NCBI RefSeq assembly: GCF_009914755.1
Contig: NC_060930.1
Origin: the human T2T-CHM13v2.0 reference genome, Homo sapiens
Direction: 5' to 3' (one strand)
Length of the DNA: 64,000 nucleotides
Shown in pieces: positions 55,935 to 64,000 of this stretch. The translations under genes and the position numbers were made by a program. The stretch's first letter is position 1. The number at the start of each line of letters is the position of its first letter. Below the pieces are notes generated by a model that was not told the DNA's origin, did not search any database, and saw only the letters and a list, made by a program, of their open reading frames with translations.

Positions 55935-56642
55935 CTAAAACAAATGGAGATAATGCTAATTGACAGCCAACATGTAGGATTGCAATTTCCTAGTTCACTG
56001 ATGGAAGGAAAAACTAGGATTGGATGCTTTCTGCTCTATTTCTAGATCTGTCATAATAACACAGTTTTCTAAGTGGACATTTTAAAGGTAACTTAAAGGC
56101 TTAGAAATAAAATTCATTTCTCTTAAAGGATAAAATAAATATTTATTTCACCAGCTTGTCAGCCATGGAAATTCAAGGATACAAGTGGATGAAGACAAAA
56201 GGAAGGCCAGTGAAGGGCTTCTAAAATAGTGGAGGCACACTATGAAGCAAAAGAGGACCATAAAAGCGAATGCCTTTGAAATCTCCAAAAGAAGGAACAA
56301 TGGAGTGGTAACATGCTGGTAACATAGAACGCAAACACTGGGATAAAAAGAACACCAGGTTCTGTGTAATTGCTGATAACTTTGCTTACAGAGTCATTTT
56401 ACCCAGGGCATTAAAGTTCATTATAGAAGAAGGCTCGTTGTTGTTGTTGTTGTTTAAATAAAAAAAAAGAAAAAGTAAAAGAAACATTCTAAGTGTGGAA
56501 AGGATTTTTAAGAAACGTTCCTTTATTAAAAATCTAAGAGCCACAGCTCTGTGCTTATGAGTTAGTGTGGCTACAAATGTAGAATTAGCACACACATTCA
56601 TGAACAATAGCATTGTTCATCCTATAGTCAAGTAATTTTAAA

Positions 56643-56936
56643 ATTTCTTTTTTTTTTTTTTGGGGAGACAGGGTATTGCTCTGTTGGCCAGGCTGGCATG
56701 ATCATAGCTCACTGCAGCCTCGATCTCCTGGGCTCAAGTGATCCTCCCACCTCAGCCTCCCAAGTAGCTAAGACTCTAGGCAGGCATCACTACGCCCAGC
56801 TAATATTTTAATTTTTTTGTAGAGGTGGGGTTCTCATTACGTTGCCCAGGCTGGTCTCAAATTCCTGGCCTCAAGTGATACTCCACCTTGACTTCCCAAA
56901 GTGTTGGGATTACAGGCATGAGCCACTGTGCCTGGC
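56643..56936 (-). mobile_element. AluJ
   Basis: Alu consensus. Confidence 0.87.
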
Positions 56937-57854
56937 ATAATTTTAGAATTCTTAAGTTCAAATCAGAAGGGAAATAAGCATACAAAAGGCAAGAATTAGC
57001 AGCCTGCTGTTGGTATAGTAGACCCAGGTTATAATCATGCTCATTAGGATAAACGGTGTTCCTCAAATAACACTGCATGTAATGAAAGTCTAAAAAGTCT
57101 TATTCCTAATTTATCCAGGAGGCAGGTGGATGTTCTGATCTACAGTAGCCAAAGTGAAAGGGGTTTTTGCTGTATTTTGTTTTATTTTTCTGTTGTTACC
57201 TGCTTCTAAAACTAAAACAAAAATACTCCTTGTGGGAGATGCTTCCAAAACTCAGTACCCGTTGGTCTAACCTTGGCAGTAAGAAAAAATTGCTGCAAAC
57301 TTTTCCCTGTGTATTTTTGACTACCATTTATAGCACACTGGTAATAAGCAAGTCTTTGATTAACATCAGTCATTTCTATCTTCAGCTGGGATTCATTTTA
57401 ATGGCTGAAGCAATTTTATTATTAAAAAAAAACCACTTCTGTGCCTCAAATTTATACTTAGCTGATGGACTCTTAGGGCAATCCAAACATAAAGAAAGGA
57501 TTTAGGGTCAAACATCAAAAGGAACATCCTAGTGATGACATGTGAGGTACAGGGTAGGAAGAGGAATACGAAAGTCATTTCCAGGTGATTTTATAGCAGT
57601 ACATTTTCTGATATTGCTTTATATGTTATGCTTTAGTTGGGGGAAAATTGTGTCCACACGCAGGCCTATCCTCAGGCAGATTCTCAACAGGTTATTAAAA
57701 ACATTTAATTCTGCTTCAGAGTAAGTGGAAAAAATGAGTTACAGTGGATCCTTGTATCCTAAAAAGTATCATTAGTAGTAAAGCATCTAAATCTGCCATA
57801 AATTGTTAAAATTATGGAGGCACACCATGAATTTGTTTATTACTTAATATATAA

Positions 57855-58221
<367 letters not shown>

Positions 58222-58974
58222 TGATCGTATCAAGTTTTACAGACCAGTGCTAGTCGATGGCCAGCAGCTGGCCAAGACAGGAATTTTAATGTAGACAGTT
58301 TCTATGATGTGTTTGTTGGTCAGCAAACCATGATAGAGTACCCATCATACATCAGGTATTGTTGTCAAGTAAAGGGTATTCAAAATGAATAAGACCTGGT
58401 TGCTGTTCTCAAGATCATAGCAAATCATTTTCTGGTCTTTGAGAACTTGGCAAATCCCATTTATTTTCTGGCAAACTTCTCTGTTCCAGTATAGGAACAA
58501 TTTATTATAATTCACAACCCGTATTAAAATGAATTTTACCCAACAGCTTGCGAATGCAACACTGGTTTCTCTTGTTCTGAGTGGCAGAAATAAATGTCAT
58601 ATATTAAGCTTTGAGTGTGGAGGCAAAAAATTAAGCTAGGCAGCTTACCATCTCCTCAAAAATGTCTGATGATCTAACAGTGTATATCTGCCATATACAT
58701 GTAAAGCAGGAAGTCAGGTAAAACAAATATATGATTATAAAAATATATACCCTGCCAGGTTTACTGTATGAAAGGTATATAAAAAATATCCCATCAACAA
58801 AATCTCATATGTAAATGATCTGTATAACAGATTTAATATGTATCCCACCAGCTACTGCTGGGTCATGAACAACCAAGAAAACAGAAGTGCTTTCATATTT
58901 GGTTCACTGTCATAAGAAAGTAAGTTGTGGTGATATTCCTTGGACTTAAACAAATTTTTAATTTTTTAAATTAC

Positions 58975-59262
58975 ATTTCTGAATCAGGTTCTCACTCTGT
59001 CCTCTAGGCTGGAGTGCAAAGGCAGACTCTTAGCTCACTGTATCCTCAAATTCCTGGCCTCAAGTGATCCTCCTGCCTCAGCCTCCTAAGTAGGTGGGAT
59101 TATAGGAACATGCCACCATGCCTGTCTAATTTTTTAAAAGAATTTTTTGTAGAGATGGGGTCTATGTTGCCCAGGCTGGTCTTGAACTCCTGGCCTCAAG
59201 GGATCCTCCTGCCTTGGCCTCCCAAAGCACTAGGATTACAGGCGTGAGGTACTGCACCTGAT
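58975..59262 (-). mobile_element. AluJ
   Basis: Diverged Alu consensus. Confidence 0.83.
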
Positions 59263-59770
59263 CCTAGATTTTTAATTTTAATAAAGCAGTTATAAGAGAT
59301 CTATAGAATGTTAACAATGAAAGAGAACAGAATAAGCAAACAAAAAGAGGTCCACAGTTATTTAGCTTAAAACTAAAAGTGGCAACAGCAGTAATGATTG
59401 ACGGGGAAAAAAGCTAAACTGGAAGTACTTTGATCCCAGGTAATTTTTTTAGCTAAAAAACATTTTTTAAAGGTTTAATCCTGACATTGAAAAAAGAAAT
59501 AAAAAACATAAATAGAAAACCAAAATGATTGTTTAAAGGGAAAGCAAACATTCCACATGTAATTACTTTATTTCAACACCTTTAAGTCACCTGAGTCATA
59601 TTATCACACTTAAGAAACACTGTTCCAATCCCAGATCTACGTCTATGCGCTAGGGTATTAGGCATGCGTTGATGACTAAGGTGGTGATGCTTCAGCTATT
59701 GATGCATCGGCCCTAGGTCTGAGGTGCTAGCTACAGGTCAGGCAATTGGCAATCACAGGGATGTCTGTAC

Positions 59771-59857
59771 CAGCTTTTCTAGTACCACCAAAAGTTATGA
59801 AGTGGTGGTCCAGGCCTGCTAAATCCAGAGAGGAGAATGATGATTCAACAAAACCAC
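59771..59857 (-). CDS. MAP7: Candidate 87-nt in-frame MAP7 cassette exon in intron 5
   Basis: Acceptor ttttacattctgtctccag|, donor GCTG|gtacag, phase 1-1, no stop: GGFVESSFSSLDLAGLDHHFITFGGTRKA; not in the canonical 749-aa protein as recalled. Confidence 0.6.
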
Positions 59858-60544
59858 CTGGAGACAGAATGTAAAACAATGATTTTTCAAAGCAAATTTA
59901 AAAAAAAAAGGTTATCAGATTCACACAAATAAAAAAATAAAAACTGACACACTATGTAAAATTCCAGGGGTATTGAATTTACAGTACAAAAATAAAGCCT
60001 TTCAGTAAATCCAAATTTCAATATGATTTTATGTCCATTCAGAAAGGAGGAAATAGCTTAGTCATTTACTATTTCTAGCTCAATAAACCTATATATTTTC
60101 TTACAGAGCATTAGTGTTGCATATACTTTAGGGTCAGAATACATAAGCTCATAGTATTGATTCTGGTCAGTCAATATAACTATAATCCTTCCAGAGAAAA
60201 AGATAAAACTAGTTAACTTATTCCATAATCCTGAAACCCTAATGCAAATAGAAGACTAAAATAATGTAGTGTTGAAGCTAGCATGTTTATTTAGAAACAC
60301 TACATAGATTTCTCCCTTTAAGGAATTTTGTAACATGAGAAAATTGGCCTGTGTTAAGGGAAAGAGGCCCTTACTTCTTATCTCCATCACCCTCTTATCC
60401 TCAAATAGTGAAAGATTCATTTCATTGTTGTTTAATTATTTCAGCAGGATTTTTGTTTCGCAAACATAGATTTAGAAGAAAGAAGGAAACACCCTGTTAC
60501 TTTCAGGAAAATAAAGACTAATTTTCAAAGTGGTCACTGTTTAC

Positions 60545-60662
60545 CTGCACTGTGGATGCTAGGGCTCCCATGGAGAGAGCCTCCCCACGACCAACGGTTA
60601 TGCTTCTGTTTTGGCTTCTGGCTCCTTTCCATTGTGCGCCGTACAACAGCTTCGTGGCGTTC
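60545..60662 (-). CDS. MAP7: MAP7 exon 5 (118 nt)
   Basis: ctaag|GAACGC ... GCAG|gtaa; ERHEAVVRRTMERSQKPKQKHNRWSWGGSLHGSPSIHSA. Confidence 0.97.
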
Positions 60663-61481
60663 CTTAGATGGAATAGAAGAGCTGAGGATTAGATTCCAGC
60701 TGGTTGTTTGAAGCTTCTTCAATTTAAGGCAGAATGGAGTGAGGAGTACTACTTCAATTCCCACTCTACTATTCTTGATCTCTAGCTGAACTTCTATACC
60801 ATAAGGTGAGACTAGTGTCAATCTGGGAGGGTCACTTTAGTCATTAGGTCCCAGTTCATAAAGCCCTTGGCGAACAACAGGCATTCAAATAAACGACCCT
60901 TACTACTAGGGTGTGCGTGATGCTTTCATGAACACACGTAAGCATGGTAGTGCAGATCTTAGCTTCAACTGATGCTTATACGATACCATATTTACCATAC
61001 GATACCATATTTAAAAAACAGTTCAGAATCTGAGAACATGGGTAACCCTGACCCCATGACTTATTGAGTTGTATGACCTTGTGTACCTTACCCACTCTGA
61101 GTCTAAATTTCTATTTTTATACAAACTGACATATAATGCATGCTAAAGGATTGAGTAAGGGTTAAATGAGATAATCTATGTGTAAATGTTTGCAAATGGT
61201 AAAGACTACAGAAACTCAATTACTTGGAGTGGTCTTAATACTCAGTACAGATGAATTGCACTTCAATAAGTTATAGGTTTGGACCAGAGAAATGGGCTTT
61301 TAAACTTTCTGTGGCAATAATAATCATCAGCCCATTCGCTACCTCTCATACCCTGAACTCCCTAGAAACTGTAGCCATCTGTAAAGCTGATCACTCTGAA
61401 ACCATTTTGCTTTGCACCCTGCACCTGACTGCAAAGTTTCACAGAAAGTTTGCTGCATGTCTGAACTAGAGGAGCCACTCA

Positions 61482-61706
<225 letters not shown>

Positions 61707-62503
61707 TCAAATATAGGCAGGTTGCAAACTTGAATAGTTAGGGCTGTATTAAGTGGTCTACAATGAACAAATATGGGTTCTTTAGTTTTGTATTAACCAA
61801 GCATGGCCTTTGCTTCCCTCAAATTTCCAAGAAAAATGTATTACTGTTAATTTTTAGCATAATTTAATATGTTAGCAATGAGGTTGAAAATGTACTGAAT
61901 TCCACTCTTTGGGAACGCAAGCAGCCCTCTAGTTTGTAGGTAGAATAAGGCATTATTAACCACATGCTCTAGTCTCAATCCTGAAAATCAATAGTACCAT
62001 CTGTCTCTTTTTTTTATTATAAAACAATGTGATATCCTCCAGTCTATGACTACATTTTTTCCAACATGGCATTGGTTCTGAGTATTAAAAGGATTTGGGA
62101 GAAAATAATTAGTTGATGAAAGATGTCTGAAGTGCCTTACAGGTCTATCACATTGAGTCAGCTCAGGGATGGGAAGGACCGAACAAGCAGGTGGCCTTGT
62201 GTCTGAGGAGCTCACAATTTAGTTAGATAAGAGTTAACCATATCAAAAGCTGGATGAAAAATACAATCCAAAATTATCGTTCAACAATAGGATGCATTTT
62301 TTCTTCTTTATATAATACAGGTTCTTTCCTCATTTTAGGAAAAGATATGCCCCCTCAAAGCTATTTCAATATGCTGCTTCCTTCAGCGGTAATAACTAAA
62401 AATATCTATGAGTTATTAATACTGTAGGCAAAAGGAAAAAATTCAAACAACATTCAAAGAGTAAATCTTGAGGACACTACATGGCATACAAATTAAAATG
62501 TTA

Positions 62504-62840
<337 letters not shown>

Positions 62841-63234
62841 AACATAAATTTAGAAATATTTTGGTTTCCTCTAAATGTTTAATATTAAAGAATGCATTTC
62901 TGATACCATTAAATCTTTCCAAAGTTAGTCATTTGAGGACTAAATCTACTGAAAGTGATCGGAACTGACTTTATTTTAGGTGAAGAAAAGGAGAAGGACA
63001 AATTCAAGGTGAGTTTGTTCTCCTGGCATCATTCAGGGTGGTTTGTGGAGTGAACTGGGACTGGTTCTCCTAGCAGCTAGGCTACTAACTGGTGCTGAGA
63101 TCTCAGACATGTTCATTTGGATTTTAGCTTTCTTTTGCTTAAAATGAGGACACTGGTCTTCAAGGTTCCTACCAATTTTCAAAGCTCATTGTTCTAAGGA
63201 AATTCTCAAGCTCAAGTTAAAAATTCACTTCAAT

Positions 63235-63706
63235 AAAAAGCATATAGTATCATTGTTGGACATTTGGGTTGGTTCCAAGTCTTTGCTATTGTGAATAGTG
63301 CCGCAATAAACAACAATGATAGACTGGATTAAGAAAATGTGGCACATATACACCATGGAATACTATGCAGCCATAAAAAATGATGAGTTCATATCCTTTG
63401 TAGGGACATGGATGAAATTGGAAACCATCATTCTCAGTAAACTATCGCAAGAACAAAAAACCAAACACTGCATATTCTCACTCATAGGTGGGAATTGAAC
63501 AATGAGATCACATGGACACAGGAAGGGGAATATCACACTCTGGGGACTGTGGTGGGGTCGGGGGAGGGGGGAGGGATAGCATTGGGAGATATACCTAATG
63601 CTAGATGACACATTAGTGGGTGCAGCGCACCAGCATGGCACATGTATACATATGTAACTAACCTGCACAATGTGCACATGTACCCTAAAACTTAGAGTAT
63701 AATAAA

Positions 63707-63739
<33 letters not shown>

Positions 63740-63852
63740 CCAAACCACATGTCAGGCACTGTTTAAAATGCTTTATATGCATTAAATCATATAATCTCTC
63801 AAAAAATAAAAAATAAAAACTATTATTCAAAAAAAAAAAAAGCATATAGTAT
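63235..63852 (+). mobile_element. L1HS-Ta, 5'-truncated, 5'-inverted, with 3' transduction (span includes both TSD copies)
   Basis: Ta diagnostics ACA (63610-63612) and G (63695); inverted L1 piece 63248-63312; forward L1 63311-63706; TSD aaaaagcatatagtat at 63235-63250 and 63837-63852. Confidence 0.93.
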
Positions 63853-64000
63853 ACACAATAAGTATTTACTGAATGACTGAAAAAATAAATACCACTGTGA
63901 GAACACACTTTAAAAGTTAAGAGAAGTAGAACATAATTCTGATACTTTCTTAAGATGCACTTACTTTGCTCACGCACACTCGTGCACATAATATCTTTTG

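Noticed and set aside
59650-59716. Imperfect hairpin (ctaggg...ccctag) near the candidate exon as a pre-miRNA
   Set aside because: The stem depends on several G-U pairs on the plus strand, which become mismatches in the MAP7 pre-mRNA; no other support without folding or small-RNA data.
63316-63989. 60-aa plus-strand and 208-aa minus-strand ORFs
   Set aside because: The C-terminal stub of L1 ORF2p and an antisense read-through of L1 3' UTR and microsatellite.

Overview
Human genomic DNA containing the 3' part of MAP7 (ensconsin/E-MAP-115, microtubule-associated protein 7) on the minus strand. I traced 15 GT-AG-bounded coding exons (exons 4-18 using the canonical 749-aa numbering, recalled rather than looked up). 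They splice into one open frame of 2006 nt ending ...QQTAEVI*, followed by a ~1.5 kb 3' UTR and ~14.8 kb of repeat-rich downstream DNA. Almost all ORF-track entries are Alu/LTR/L1/low-complexity artefacts. I found no new multi-gene system. The most notable observations are: (1) a human-specific L1HS-Ta insertion in intron 3 with a twin-priming 5' inversion and a 3' transduction, all inside a 16-bp TSD; (2) a frame-preserving 87-nt candidate cassette exon in intron 5 and a +24-nt alternative acceptor at exon 8; (3) exons 4-5, flanked by inverted Alus, which would back-splice into a 282-nt stop-free circle; (4) a ~370-bp direct duplication bracketing a nested MER5/MLT1/RPLP1-retrocopy stack; (5) an AT-rich minisatellite that flips orientation around a perfect 30-bp palindrome. 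Repeat subfamily names come from recalled consensus sequences and repeat boundaries are approximate; exon boundaries were read base by base.
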